This document shows positions 1 to 15,000 of a stretch of 64,000 nt of DNA, piece by piece (the stretch's first letter is position 1; each line of letters starts with the position of its first letter). Position numbers and translations under genes: made by a program. Source of the stretch: Eledone cirrhosa (Eukaryota); the NCBI GenBank assembly GCA_964016885.1, contig OZ024757.1:2480001-2544000 (forward strand), given 5' to 3'. The notes beneath the pieces are model-generated. The model saw only the letters and a list, made by a program, of their open reading frames with translations, did no database searches and had not been told where the DNA came from.

Positions 1-3000
1 GGTCGCAGTGGACTCGAGCAACGTGAAATAATGTGTCTTGCTCAAGGACACAGTGGACTGGAGCAACGTAAAAGAAAGTGTCTTGCTCAAGGACACAGTG
101 GACTGGAGCAACTTGAAATAAAGTGTCTTGCTCAAGGACACAATAGATTGGAGCAATGTGAAATAAAGTGTCTTGCTCAAGGTCGCAGTGGACAGGAGCA
201 ACGTGAAAGAAAGTGTATTGCTCAAGGACACAGTGGACCGGAGCAATATGAAATAAAGTGTCTTGCTCAAGGACACAGTGGACTGGAGCAACGTGAAATA
301 AAGTGTCTTGCTCAAGGACACAGTGGACTGGAGCAACGTGAAATAAAGTGTCTTGCTCGAGGACACAGTGGACTGGAGCAACGTGAAAGAAAGTGTCTTG
401 CTGAAGGACACAGTGGACTGGAACAATGTGAAATAAAGGGTCTTGCTCAAGGACACAGTGGACTGGAGCAATGTGAAATAAAGTGTCTTACTTAAGGACA
501 CAGTGGACTGGAACAATGTGAAATAAAGTGTCTTGCTCAAGGACACAGTGGACTGGACAATGTGAAAGAAAGTGTCTTGCTTAAGGACACAGTGGACTGG
601 AACAATATGAAATAAAGTGTTTTGCTCAAGGACACAGTGGACTGGAGCAATGTGAAATAAAGTGTCTTGCTTAAGGACACAGTGGACTGGAACAATGTGA
701 AAGAAAGTGTCTTGCTCAAGGACACAGTGGACTGGACCAACGTGGAAGAAAGTGTCTTGCTCAAGGACACAGTGGACTGGAGCAACGTGGAAGAAAGTGT
801 CTTGTTGAAGGACACAGTGGACTGGAGCAACGTGAAATAAAGTGTCTTGCTGAAGGACACAGTGGACTGGAGCAACGAGAAATAAAGTGTCTTGCTCAAG
901 GACACAGTGGACTGGAGCAACGTGAAAGAAAGTGTCTTGCTCAAGGACACAGTGGACTGGAGCAACGTGAAAGAAAGTGTCTTGCTCAAGGACACAGTGG
1001 ACTGGAGCAACGTGAAATAAAGTGTCTTGCTCAAGGACACAGTGGACTGGAGCAACGTGAAAGAAAGTGTCTTGCTCAAGGACACAGTGGACTGGAGCAA
1101 CTTGAAATAAAGTGTCTTGCTCAAGGACACAATAGATTGGAGCAATGTGAAAGAAAGTGTCTTGCTGAAGGACACAGTGGACTGGAACAATGTGAAATAA
1201 AGGGTCTTGCTCAAGGACACAGTGGACTGGAGCAACGTGAAAGAAAGTGTCTTGCTCAAGGACACAGTGGACTGGAGCAACTTGAAATAAAGTGTCTTGC
1301 TCGAGGACACAGTGGTCTGGAGCAACGTGAAAGAAAGTGTCTTGCTGAAGGACACAGTGGACTGGAACAATGTGAAATAAAGGGTCTTGCTCAAGGACAC
1401 AGTGGACTGGAGCAATGTGAAATAAAGTGTCTTACTTAAGGACACAGTGGACTGGAACAATGTGAAATAAAGTGTCTTGCTCAAGGACACAATGGACTGG
1501 ACAATGTGAAAGAAAGTGTCTTGCTTAAGGACACAGTGGACTGGAACAATATGAAATAAAGTGTTTTGCTCAAGGACACAGTGGACTGGAGCAATGTGAA
1601 AGAAAGTGTCTTGCTCAAGGACACAGTGGACTGGATCAACGTGAAAGAAAGTGTCTTGCTCAAGGACACAGTGGACTGGAGCAACGTGAAAGAAAGTGTC
1701 TTGTTGAAGGACACAGTGGACTGGAGCAACGTGAAATAAAGTGTCTTGCTGAAGGACACAGTGGACTGGAGCAACGAGAAATAAAGTGTCTTGCTCAAGG
1801 ACACAGTGGACTGGAGCAACGTGAAAGAAAGTGTCTTGCTCAAGGACACAGTGGACTGGAGCAACGTGAAATAAAGTGTCTTGCTGAAGGACACAGTAGA
1901 CTGGAGCAACGAGAAATAAAGTGTCTTGCTCAAGGACACAGTGGACTGGAGCAACGTGAAAGAAAGTGTCTTGCTCAAGGACACAGTGGACTGGAGCAAC
2001 GTGAAAGAAAGTGTCTTGTTCAAGGACACGGTGGACTGGAGCAATGTGAAAAAAGTGTCTTGCTCAAGGACACAGTGGACAGGAGCAACGTGAAAGAAAG
2101 TGAGAAAGTGTGTTGCTCAAGGACACAGTGGACTGGGGCAACTTGAAAGAAAGTGTATTGCTCAAGGACACAGTGGACTGGAGCAATGTGAAATAAAGTG
2201 TCTTGTTCAAGGACACAGTGGACTGGAGCAATGTGAAATAAAGTGTCTTGCTCAAGGACACAGTGGACTGGAGCAACATGAAATAAAGTGACTTGCTCAA
2301 GGACACAGTGGACTGGAGCAACGTGAAATAAAGTAACTTGCTCAACGACACAGTGGACTGGAGTAATGTGAAAGAAAGTGTCTTGCTCAAGGACACAGTG
2401 GACTGGAGCAACGTGAAATAAAGTGACTTGCTCAAGGACACAGTGGACTGGAGCAATGTAAAAGAAAGTGTCTTGCTCAAGGACACAGTGGACTGGAGTA
2501 ACGTGAAAGAAAGTGTCTTGCTTAAGGACATAGTGGACTGGAGCAATGTGAAATAAAGTGTCTTGCTCAAGGACACAGTGAACTGGAGCAATGTGAAATA
2601 AAGTGTCTTGCTCAAGGACACAGTGGACTGGAGCAATGTGAAAAAAGTGTCTTGCTCAAGGACACAGTGGACAGGAGCAACGTGAAAGAAAGTGAGAAAG
2701 TGTGTTGCTCAAGGACACAGTGGACTGGGGCAACGTGAAAGAAAGTGTATTGCTCAAGGACACAGTGAACTGGAGCAATGTGAAATAAAGTGTCTTGCTC
2801 AAGGACACAGTGGACTGGAGCAATGTGAAATAAAGTGTCTTGCTCAAGGACACAGTGAACTGGAGCAATGTGAAATAAAGTGTCTTGCTCAAGGACACAG
2901 TGGACTGGAGCAACATGAAATAAAGTGACTTGCTCAAGGACACAGTGGACTGGAGCAACGTGAAATAAAGTAACTTGCTCAACGACACAGTGGACTGGAG

Positions 3001-6000
3001 TAATGTGAAAGAAAGTGTCTTGCTCAAGGACACAGTGGACTGGAGCAACGTGAAATAAAGTGACTTGCTCAAGGACACAGTGGACTGGAGCAATGTAAAA
3101 GAAAGTGTCTTGCTCAAGGACACAGTGGACTGGAGTAACGTGAAAGAAAGTGTCTTGCTTAAGGACATAGTGGACTGGAGCAATGTGAAATAAAGTGTCT
3201 TGCTCAAGGACACAGTGAACTGGAGCAATGTGAAATAAAGTGTCTTGCTCAAGGACACAGTGGACTGGAGCAATGTGAAATAAAGTGTCTTGCTCAAGGA
3301 CACAGTGAACTGGAGCAATGTGAAATAAAGTGTCTTGCTCAAGGACACAGTGGACTGGAGCAACGTGAAATAAAGTGTCTTGCTCAAGGACACAGTGGAC
3401 TGGAGCAATGTGAAATAAAGTGTCTTGCTCAAGGACACAGTGAACTGGAACAATGTGAAATAAAGTGTCTTGTTCAAGGTCGCAGTGGACTGGAGCAACG
3501 TGAAAGAAAGTGTCTTGTTCAAGGTCGCAGTGGACTGGAGCAACGTGAAATAAAGTGTCTTGCTCAAGCACACAGTGGACTGGAGCAACGTGAAAGAAAG
3601 TGTCTTGCTCAAGGACACATTGGACTGGAGCAACTTGAAATAAAGTGTCTTGCTCAAGGACACAGTGGACTGGAGCAATGTGAAATAAAGTGTCTTGCTC
3701 AAGGACACAGTGGACTGGAGCAATGTGAAATAAAGTGTCTTGCTCAAGGACACAGTGGACTGGAGCAATGTGAAATAAAGTGTCTTGCTCAAGGACACAG
3801 TGGACTGAAGCAATCTGAAATAAAGTGTCTTGCTGAAGGGCATAGTGGACTGGAGCAACGTGAAAGAAAGTGTCTTGTTTAAGGACACAGTGGACTGGAG
3901 CAACGTGAAAGAAAGTCTCTTGCTCAAGGACACAGTGGACTGGAGGAACGTGAAATAAAGTCTCTTGCTCAAGGACACAGTGGACTGGAGCAACGTGAAA
4001 GAAAGTCTCTTGCTCAAGGACACAGTGGACTGGAGCAACATGAAATAAAGTGTCTTGCTCAAGGACACAGTGGACTGGAGCAACGTGAAAGAAAGTGTCT
4101 TGCTCAAGGACACAGTGGACTGGAGCAACTTGAAATAAAGTGTCTTGCTCAAGGACACAATGGACTGGAGCAATGTGAAATAAAGTGTCTTGCTCAAGGA
4201 CACAGTGGACTGGAGCAATGTGAAATAAAGTGTCTTGCTCAAGGATACAGTGGACAGGAGCAATGTGAAATAAAGTGTCTTGCTCAAAGACACAGTGGAC
4301 TGGAGCAATGTGAAAGAAAGTGTCTTGTTTAAGGACACAGTGGACTGGAGCAATGTGAAATAAAGTGTCTTGCTGAAGGGCATAGTGGACTGGAGCAACG
4401 TGAAAGAAAGTGTCTTGTTTAAGGACACAGTGGACTGGAGCAACGTGAAAGAAAGTCTCTTGCTCAAGGACACAGTGGACTGGAGCAACGTGAAATAAAA
4501 TCTCTTGCTCAAGGACACAGTGGACTGGAGCAACGTGAAAGAAAGTCTCTTGCTCAAGGACACAGTGGACTGGAGCAACATGAAATAAAGTGTCTTGCTC
4601 AAGGACACAGTGGACTGGAGCAACGTGAAAGAAAGTGTCTTGTTCAAGGTCGCAGTGGACTCGAGCAACGTGAAATAATGTGTCTTGCTCAAGGACACAG
4701 TGGACTGGAGCAACGTAAAAGAAAGTGTCTTGCTCAAGGACACAGTGGACTGGAGCAACTTGAAATAAAGTGTCTTGCTCAAGGACACAATAGATTGGAG
4801 CAATGTGAAATAAAGTGTCTTGCTCAAGGTCGCAGTGGACAGGAGCAACGTGAAAGAAAGTGTATTGCTCAAGGACACAGTGGACCGGAGCAATATGAAA
4901 TAAAGTGTCTTGCTCAAGGACACAGTGGACTGGAGCAACGTGAAATAAAGTGTCTTGCTCAAGGACACAGTGGACTGGAGCAACGTGAAATAAAGTGTCT
5001 TGCTCGAGGACACAGTGGACTGGAGCAACGTGAAAGAAAGTGTCTTGCTGAAGGACACAGTGGACTGGAACAATGTGAAATAAAGGGTCTTGCTCAAGGA
5101 CACAGTGGACTGGAGCAATGTGAAATAAAGTGTCTTACTTAAGGACACAGTGGACTGGAACAATGTGAAATAAAGTGTCTTGCTCAAGGACACAGTGGAC
5201 TGGACAATGTGAAAGAAAGTGTCTTGCTTAAGGACACAGTGGACTGGAACAATATGAAATAAAGTGTTTTGCTCAAGGACACAGTGGACTGGAGCAATGT
5301 GAAATAAAGTGTCTTGCTTAAGGACACAGTGGACTGGAACAATGTGAAAGAAAGTGTCTTGCTCAAGGACACAGTGGACTGGACCAACGTGGAAGAAAGT
5401 GTCTTGCTCAAGGACACAGTGGACTGGAGCAACGTGGAAGAAAGTGTCTTGTTGAAGGACACAGTGGACTGGAGCAACGTGAAATAAAGTGTCTTGCTGA
5501 AGGACACAGTGGACTGGAGCAACGAGAAATAAAGTGTCTTGCTCAAGGACACAGTGGACTGGAGCAACGTGAAAGAAAGTGTCTTGCTCAAGGACACAGT
5601 GGACTGGAGCAACGTGAAAGAAAGTGTCTTGCTCAAGGACACAGTGGACTGGAGCAACGTGAAATAAAGTGTCTTGCTCAAGGACACAGTGGACTGGAGC
5701 AACGTGAAAGAAAGTGTCTTGCTCAAGGACACAGTGGACTGGAGCAACTTGAAATAAAGTGTCTTGCTCAAGGACACAATAGATTGGAGCAATGTGAAAG
5801 AAAGTGTCTTGCTGAAGGACACAGTGGACTGGAACAATGTGAAATAAAGGGTCTTGCTCAAGGACACAGTGGACTGGAGCAACGTGAAAGAAAGTGTCTT
5901 GCTCAAGGACACAGTGGACTGGAGCAACTTGAAATAAAGTGTCTTGCTCGAGGACACAGTGGTCTGGAGCAACGTGAAAGAAAGTGTCTTGCTGAAGGAC

Positions 6001-9000
6001 ACAGTGGACTGGAACAATGTGAAATAAAGGGTCTTGCTCAAGGACACAGTGGACTGGAGCAATGTGAAATAAAGTGTCTTACTTAAGGACACAGTGGACT
6101 GGAACAATGTGAAATAAAGTGTCTTGCTCAAGGACACAATGGACTGGACAATGTGAAAGAAAGTGTCTTGCTTAAGGACACAGTGGACTGGAACAATATG
6201 AAATAAAGTGTTTTGCTCAAGGACACAGTGGACTGGAGCAATGTGAAAGAAAGTGTCTTGCTCAAGGACACAGTGGACTGGATCAACGTGAAAGAAAGTG
6301 TCTTGCTCAAGGACACAGTGGACTGGAGCAACGTGAAAGAAAGTGTCTTGTTGAAGGACACAGTGGACTGGAGCAACGTGAAATAAAGTGTCTTGCTGAA
6401 GGACACAGTGGACTGGAGCAACGAGAAATAAAGTGTCTTGCTCAAGGACACAGTGGACTGGAGCAACGTGAAAGAAAGTGTCTTGCTCAAGGACACAGTG
6501 GACTGGAGCAACGTGAAATAAAGTGTCTTGCTGAAGGACACAGTAGACTGGAGCAACGAGAAATAAAGTGTCTTGCTCAAGGACACAGTGGACTGGAGCA
6601 ACGTGAAAGAAAGTGTCTTGCTCAAGGACACAGTGGACTGGAGCAACGTGAAAGAAAGTGTCTTGTTCAAGGACACGGTGGACTGGAGCAATGTGAAAAA
6701 AGTGTCTTGCTCAAGGACACAGTGGACAGGAGCAACGTGAAAGAAAGTGAGAAAGTGTGTTGCTCAAGGACACAGTGGACTGGGGCAACTTGAAAGAAAG
6801 TGTATTGCTCAAGGACACAGTGGACTGGAGCAATGTGAAATAAAGTGTCTTGTTCAAGGACACAGTGGACTGGAGCAATGTGAAATAAAGTGTCTTGCTC
6901 AAGGACACAGTGGACTGGAGCAACATGAAATAAAGTGACTTGCTCAAGGACACAGTGGACTGGAGCAACGTGAAATAAAGTAACTTGCTCAACGACACAG
7001 TGGACTGGAGTAATGTGAAAGAAAGTGTCTTGCTCAAGGACACAGTGGACTGGAGCAACGTGAAATAAAGTGACTTGCTCAAGGACACAGTGGACTGGAG
7101 CAATGTAAAAGAAAGTGTCTTGCTCAAGGACACAGTGGACTGGAGTAACGTGAAAGAAAGTGTCTTGCTTAAGGACATAGTGGACTGGAGCAATGTGAAA
7201 TAAAGTGTCTTGCTCAAGGACACAGTGAACTGGAGCAATGTGAAATAAAGTGTCTTGCTCAAGGACACAGTGGACTGGAGCAATGTGAAAAAAGTGTCTT
7301 GCTCAAGGACACAGTGGACAGGAGCAACGTGAAAGAAAGTGAGAAAGTGTGTTGCTCAAGGACACAGTGGACTGGGGCAACGTGAAAGAAAGTGTATTGC
7401 TCAAGGACACAGTGAACTGGAGCAATGTGAAATAAAGTGTCTTGCTCAAGGACACAGTGGACTGGAGCAATGTGAAATAAAGTGTCTTGCTCAAGGACAC
7501 AGTGAACTGGAGCAATGTGAAATAAAGTGTCTTGCTCAAGGACACAGTGGACTGGAGCAATGTGAAATAAAGTGTCTTGCTCAAGGACACAGTGAACTGG
7601 AGCAATGTGAAATAAAGTGTCTTGCTCAAGGACACAGTGGACTGGAGCAACGTGAAATAAAGTGTCTTGCTCAAGGACACAGTGGACTGGAGCAATGTGA
7701 AATAAAGTGTCTTGCTCAAGGACACAGTGAACTGGAACAATGTGAAATAAAGTGTCTTGTTCAAGGTCGCAGTGGACTGGAGCAACGTGAAAGAAAGTGT
7801 CTTGTTCAAGGTCGCAGTGGACTGGAGCAACGTGAAATAAAGTGTCTTGCTCAAGCACACAGTGGACTGGAGCAACGTGAAAGAAAGTGTCTTGCTCAAG
7901 GACACATTGGACTGGAGCAACTTGAAATAAAGTGTCTTGCTCAAGGACACAGTGGACTGGAGCAATGTGAAATAAAGTGTCTTGCTCAAGGACACAGTGG
8001 ACTGGAGCAATGTGAAATAAAGTGTCTTGCTCAAGGACACAGTGGACTGGAGCAATGTGAAATAAAGTGTCTTGCTCAAGGACACAGTGGACTGAAGCAA
8101 TCTGAAATAAAGTGTCTTGCTGAAGGGCATAGTGGACTGGAGCAACGTGAAAGAAAGTGTCTTGTTTAAGGACACAGTGGACTGGAGCAACGTGAAAGAA
8201 AGTCTCTTGCTCAAGGACACAGTGGACTGGAGGAACGTGAAATAAAGTCTCTTGCTCAAGGACACAGTGGACTGGAGCAACGTGAAAGAAAGTCTCTTGC
8301 TCAAGGACACAGTGGACTGGAGCAACATGAAATAAAGTGTCTTGCTCAAGGACACAGTGGACTGGAGCAACGTGAAAGAAAGTGTCTTGCTCAAGGACAC
8401 AGTGGACTGGAGCAACTTGAAATAAAGTGTCTTGCTCAAGGACACAATGGACTGGAGCAATGTGAAATAAAGTGTCTTGCTCAAGGACACAGTGGACTGG
8501 AGCAATGTGAAATAAAGTGTCTTGCTCAAGGATACAGTGGACAGGAGCAATGTGAAATAAAGTGTCTTGCTCAAAGACACAGTGGACTGGAGCAATGTGA
8601 AAGAAAGTGTCTTGTTTAAGGACACAGTGGACTGGAGCAATGTGAAATAAAGTGTCTTGCTGAAGGGCATAGTGGACTGGAGCAACGTGAAAGAAAGTGT
8701 CTTGTTTAAGGACACAGTGGACTGGAGCAACGTGAAAGAAAGTCTCTTGCTCAAGGACACAGTGGACTGGAGCAACGTGAAATAAAATCTCTTGCTCAAG
8801 GACACAGTGGACTGGAGCAACGTGAAAGAAAGTCTCTTGCTCAAGGACACAGTGGACTGGAGCAACATGAAATAAAGTGTCTTGCTCAAGGACACAGTGG
8901 ACTGGAGCAACGTGAAAGAAAGTGTCTTGTTCAAGGTCGCAGTGGACTCGAGCAACGTGAAATAATGTGTCTTGCTCAAGGACACAGTGGACTGGAGCAA

Positions 9001-12000
9001 CGTAAAAGAAAGTGTCTTGCTCAAGGACACAGTGGACTGGAGCAACTTGAAATAAAGTGTCTTGCTCAAGGACACAATAGATTGGAGCAATGTGAAATAA
9101 AGTGTCTTGCTCAAGGTCGCAGTGGACAGGAGCAACGTGAAAGAAAGTGTATTGCTCAAGGACACAGTGGACCGGAGCAATATGAAATAAAGTGTCTTGC
9201 TCAAGGACACAGTGGACTGGAGCAACGTGAAATAAAGTGTCTTGCTCAAGGACACAGTGGACTGGAGCAACGTGAAATAAAGTGTCTTGCTCGAGGACAC
9301 AGTGGACTGGAGCAACGTGAAAGAAAGTGTCTTGCTGAAGGACACAGTGGACTGGAACAATGTGAAATAAAGGGTCTTGCTCAAGGACACAGTGGACTGG
9401 AGCAATGTGAAATAAAGTGTCTTACTTAAGGACACAGTGGACTGGAACAATGTGAAATAAAGTGTCTTGCTCAAGGACACAGTGGACTGGACAATGTGAA
9501 AGAAAGTGTCTTGCTTAAGGACACAGTGGACTGGAACAATATGAAATAAAGTGTTTTGCTCAAGGACACAGTGGACTGGAGCAATGTGAAATAAAGTGTC
9601 TTGCTTAAGGACACAGTGGACTGGAACAATGTGAAAGAAAGTGTCTTGCTCAAGGACACAGTGGACTGGACCAACGTGGAAGAAAGTGTCTTGCTCAAGG
9701 ACACAGTGGACTGGAGCAACGTGGAAGAAAGTGTCTTGTTGAAGGACACAGTGGACTGGAGCAACGTGAAATAAAGTGTCTTGCTGAAGGACACAGTGGA
9801 CTGGAGCAACGAGAAATAAAGTGTCTTGCTCAAGGACACAGTGGACTGGAGCAACGTGAAAGAAAGTGTCTTGCTCAAGGACACAGTGGACTGGAGCAAC
9901 GTGAAAGAAAGTGTCTTGCTCAAGGACACAGTGGACTGGAGCAACGTGAAATAAAGTGTCTTGCTCAAGGACACAGTGGACTGGAGCAACGTGAAAGAAA
10001 GTGTCTTGCTCAAGGACACAGTGGACTGGAGCAACTTGAAATAAAGTGTCTTGCTCAAGGACACAATAGATTGGAGCAATGTGAAAGAAAGTGTCTTGCT
10101 GAAGGACACAGTGGACTGGAACAATGTGAAATAAAGGGTCTTGCTCAAGGACACAGTGGACTGGAGCAACGTGAAAGAAAGTGTCTTGCTCAAGGACACA
10201 GTGGACTGGAGCAACTTGAAATAAAGTGTCTTGCTCGAGGACACAGTGGTCTGGAGCAACGTGAAAGAAAGTGTCTTGCTGAAGGACACAGTGGACTGGA
10301 ACAATGTGAAATAAAGGGTCTTGCTCAAGGACACAGTGGACTGGAGCAATGTGAAATAAAGTGTCTTACTTAAGGACACAGTGGACTGGAACAATGTGAA
10401 ATAAAGTGTCTTGCTCAAGGACACAATGGACTGGACAATGTGAAAGAAAGTGTCTTGCTTAAGGACACAGTGGACTGGAACAATATGAAATAAAGTGTTT
10501 TGCTCAAGGACACAGTGGACTGGAGCAATGTGAAAGAAAGTGTCTTGCTCAAGGACACAGTGGACTGGATCAACGTGAAAGAAAGTGTCTTGCTCAAGGA
10601 CACAGTGGACTGGAGCAACGTGAAAGAAAGTGTCTTGTTGAAGGACACAGTGGACTGGAGCAACGTGAAATAAAGTGTCTTGCTGAAGGACACAGTGGAC
10701 TGGAGCAACGAGAAATAAAGTGTCTTGCTCAAGGACACAGTGGACTGGAGCAACGTGAAAGAAAGTGTCTTGCTCAAGGACACAGTGGACTGGAGCAACG
10801 TGAAATAAAGTGTCTTGCTGAAGGACACAGTAGACTGGAGCAACGAGAAATAAAGTGTCTTGCTCAAGGACACAGTGGACTGGAGCAACGTGAAAGAAAG
10901 TGTCTTGCTCAAGGACACAGTGGACTGGAGCAACGTGAAAGAAAGTGTCTTGTTCAAGGACACGGTGGACTGGAGCAATGTGAAAAAAGTGTCTTGCTCA
11001 AGGACACAGTGGACAGGAGCAACGTGAAAGAAAGTGAGAAAGTGTGTTGCTCAAGGACACAGTGGACTGGGGCAACTTGAAAGAAAGTGTATTGCTCAAG
11101 GACACAGTGGACTGGAGCAATGTGAAATAAAGTGTCTTGTTCAAGGACACAGTGGACTGGAGCAATGTGAAATAAAGTGTCTTGCTCAAGGACACAGTGG
11201 ACTGGAGCAACATGAAATAAAGTGACTTGCTCAAGGACACAGTGGACTGGAGCAACGTGAAATAAAGTAACTTGCTCAACGACACAGTGGACTGGAGTAA
11301 TGTGAAAGAAAGTGTCTTGCTCAAGGACACAGTGGACTGGAGCAACGTGAAATAAAGTGACTTGCTCAAGGACACAGTGGACTGGAGCAATGTAAAAGAA
11401 AGTGTCTTGCTCAAGGACACAGTGGACTGGAGTAACGTGAAAGAAAGTGTCTTGCTTAAGGACATAGTGGACTGGAGCAATGTGAAATAAAGTGTCTTGC
11501 TCAAGGACACAGTGAACTGGAGCAATGTGAAATAAAGTGTCTTGCTCAAGGACACAGTGGACTGGAGCAATGTGAAAAAAGTGTCTTGCTCAAGGACACA
11601 GTGGACAGGAGCAACGTGAAAGAAAGTGAGAAAGTGTGTTGCTCAAGGACACAGTGGACTGGGGCAACGTGAAAGAAAGTGTATTGCTCAAGGACACAGT
11701 GAACTGGAGCAATGTGAAATAAAGTGTCTTGCTCAAGGACACAGTGGACTGGAGCAATGTGAAATAAAGTGTCTTGCTCAAGGACACAGTGAACTGGAGC
11801 AATGTGAAATAAAGTGTCTTGCTCAAGGACACAGTGGACTGGAGCAATGTGAAATAAAGTGTCTTGCTCAAGGACACAGTGGACTGGAGCAATGTGAAAT
11901 AAAGTGTCTTGCTCAAGGACACAGTGAACTGGAGCAATGTGAAATAAAGTCTCTTGTTCAAGGTCGCAGTGGACTGGAGCAACGTGAAAGAAAGTGTCTT

Positions 12001-15000
12001 GTTCAAGGTCGCAGTGGACTGGAGCAACGTGAAATAAAGTGTCTTGCTCAAGCACACAGTGGACTGGAGCAACGTGAAAGAAAGTGTCTTGCTCAAGGAC
12101 ACATTGGACTGGAGGAACTTGAAATAAAGTGTCTTGCTCAAGGACACAGTGGACTGGAGCAATGTGAAATAAAGTGTCTTGCTCAAGGACACAGTGGACT
12201 GGAGCAATGTGAAATAAAGTGTCTTGCTCAAGGACACAGTGGACTGGAGCAATGTGAAATAACGTGTCTTGCTCAAGGACACAGTGGACTGGAGCAATGT
12301 GAAATAAAGTGTCTTGCTCAAGGACACAGTGGACAGGAGCAATGTGAAATAAAGTGTCTTGCTCAAAGACACAGTGGACTGGAGCAATGTGAAAGAAAGT
12401 GTCTTGTTTAAGGACACAGTGGACTGGAGCAATGTGAAATAAAGTGTCTTGCTGAAGGGCATAGTGGACTGGAGCAACGTGAAAGAAAGTGTCTTGTTTA
12501 AGGACACAGTGGACTGGAGCAACGTGAAAGAAAGTCTCTTGCTCAAGGACACAGTGGACTGGAGGAACGTGAAATAAAGTCTCTTGCTCAAGGACACAGT
12601 GGACTGGAGCAACGTGAAAGAAAGTCTCTTGCTCAAGGACACAGTGGACTGGAGCAACATGAAATAAAGTGTCTTGCTCAAGGACACAGTGGACTGGAGC
12701 AACGTGAAAGAAAGTGTCTTGCTCAAGGACACAGTGGACTGGAGCAACTTGAAATAAAGTGTCTTGCTCAAGGACACAATGGACTGGAGCAATGTGAAAT
12801 AAAGTGTCTTGCTCAAGGACACATTGGACTGGAGCAATGTGAAATAAAGTGTCTTGCTCAAGGATACAGTGGACAGGAACAATGTGAAATAAAGTGTCTT
12901 GCTCAAAGACACAGTGGACTGGAGCAATGTGAAAGAAAGTGTCTTGTTTAAGGACACAGTGGACTGGAGCAATGTGAAATAAAGTGTCTTGCTGAAGGGC
13001 ATAGTGGACTGGAGCAACGTGAAAGAAAGTGTCTTGTTTAAGGACACAGTGGACTGGAGCAACGTGAAAGAAAGTCTCTTGCTCAAGGACACAGTGGACT
13101 GGAGCAACGTGAAATAAATCTCTTGCTCAAGGACACAGTGGACTGGAGCAACGTGAAAGAAAGTCTCTTGCTCAAGGACACAGTGGACTGGAGCAACATG
13201 AAATAAAGTGTCTTGCTCAAGGACACAGTGGACTGGAGCAACGTGAAAGAAAGTGTCTTGTTCAAGGTCGCAGTGGACTGGAGCAACGTGAAATAAAGTG
13301 TCTTGCTCAAGGACACAGTGGACTGGAGCAACGTGAAAGAAAGTGTCTTGCTCAAGGACACAGTGGACTGGAGCAACTTGAAATAAAGTGTCTTGCTCAA
13401 GGACACAATAGATTGGAGCAATGTGAAATAAAGTGTCTTGCTCAAGGTCGCAGTGGACAGGAGCAACGTGAAAGAAAGTGTATTGCTCAAGGACACAGTG
13501 GACTGGAGCAATGTGAAATAAAGTGTCTTGTTCAAGGACACAGTGGACTGGAGCAATGTGAAATAAAGTGTCTTGCTCAAGGACACAGTGGACTGGAGCA
13601 ACATGAAATAAAGTGACTTGCTCAAGGACACAGTGGACTGGAGCAACGTGAAATAAAGTAACTTGCTCAACGACACAGTGGACTGGAGTAATGTGAAAGA
13701 AAGTGTCTTGCTCAAGGACACAGTGGACTGGAGCAACGTGAAATAAAGTGACTTGCTCAAGGACACAGTGGACTGGAGCAATGTAAAAGAAAGTGTCTTG
13801 CTCAAGGACACAGTGGACTGGAGTAACGTGAAAGAAAGTGTCTTGCTTAAGGACATAGTGGACTGGAGCAATGTGAAATAAAGTGTCTTGCTCAAGGACA
13901 CAGTGAACTGGAGCAATGTGAAATAAAGTGTCTTGCTCAAGGACACAGTGGACTGGAGCAATGTGAAAAAAGTGTCTTGCTCAAGGACACAGTGGACAGG
14001 AGCAACGTGAAAGAAAGTGAGAAAGTGTGTTGCTCAAGGACACAGTGGACTGGGGCAACGTGAAAGAAAGTGTATTGCTCAAGGACACAGTGAACTGGAG
14101 CAATGTGAAATAAAGTGTCTTGCTCAAGGACACAGTGGACTGGAGCAATGTGAAATAAAGTGTCTTGCTCAAGGACACAGTGAACTGGAGCAATGTGAAA
14201 TAAAGTGTCTTGCTCAAGGACACAGTGGACTGGAGCAATGTGAAATAAAGTGTCTTGCTCAAGGACACAGTGGACTGGAGCAATGTGAAATAAAGTGTCT
14301 TGCTCAAGGACACAGTGAACTGGAGCAATGTGAAATAAAGTCTCTTGTTCAAGGTCGCAGTGGACTGGAGCAACGTGAAAGAAAGTGTCTTGTTCAAGGT
14401 CGCAGTGGACTGGAGCAACGTGAAATAAAGTGTCTTGCTCAAGCACACAGTGGACTGGAGCAACGTGAAAGAAAGTGTCTTGCTCAAGGACACATTGGAC
14501 TGGAGGAACTTGAAATAAAGTGTCTTGCTCAAGGACACAGTGGACTGGAGCAATGTGAAATAAAGTGTCTTGCTCAAGGACACAGTGGACTGGAGCAATG
14601 TGAAATAAAGTGTCTTGCTCAAGGACACAGTGGACTGGAGCAATGTGAAATAAAGTGTCTTGCTCAAGGACACAGTGGACAGGAGCAATGTGAAATAAAG
14701 TGTCTTGCTCAAAGACACAGTGGACTGGAGCAATGTGAAAGAAAGTGTCTTGTTTAAGGACACAGTGGACTGGAGCAATGTGAAATAAAGTGTCTTGCTG
14801 AAGGGCATAGTGGACTGGAGCAACGTGAAAGAAAGTGTCTTGTTTAAGGACACAGTGGACTGGAGCAACGTGAAAGAAAGTCTCTTGCTCAAGGACACAG
14901 TGGACTGGAGGAACGTGAAATAAAGTCTCTTGCTCAAGGACACAGTGGACTGGAGCAACGTGAAAGAAAGTCTCTTGCTCAAGGACACAATGGACTGGAG

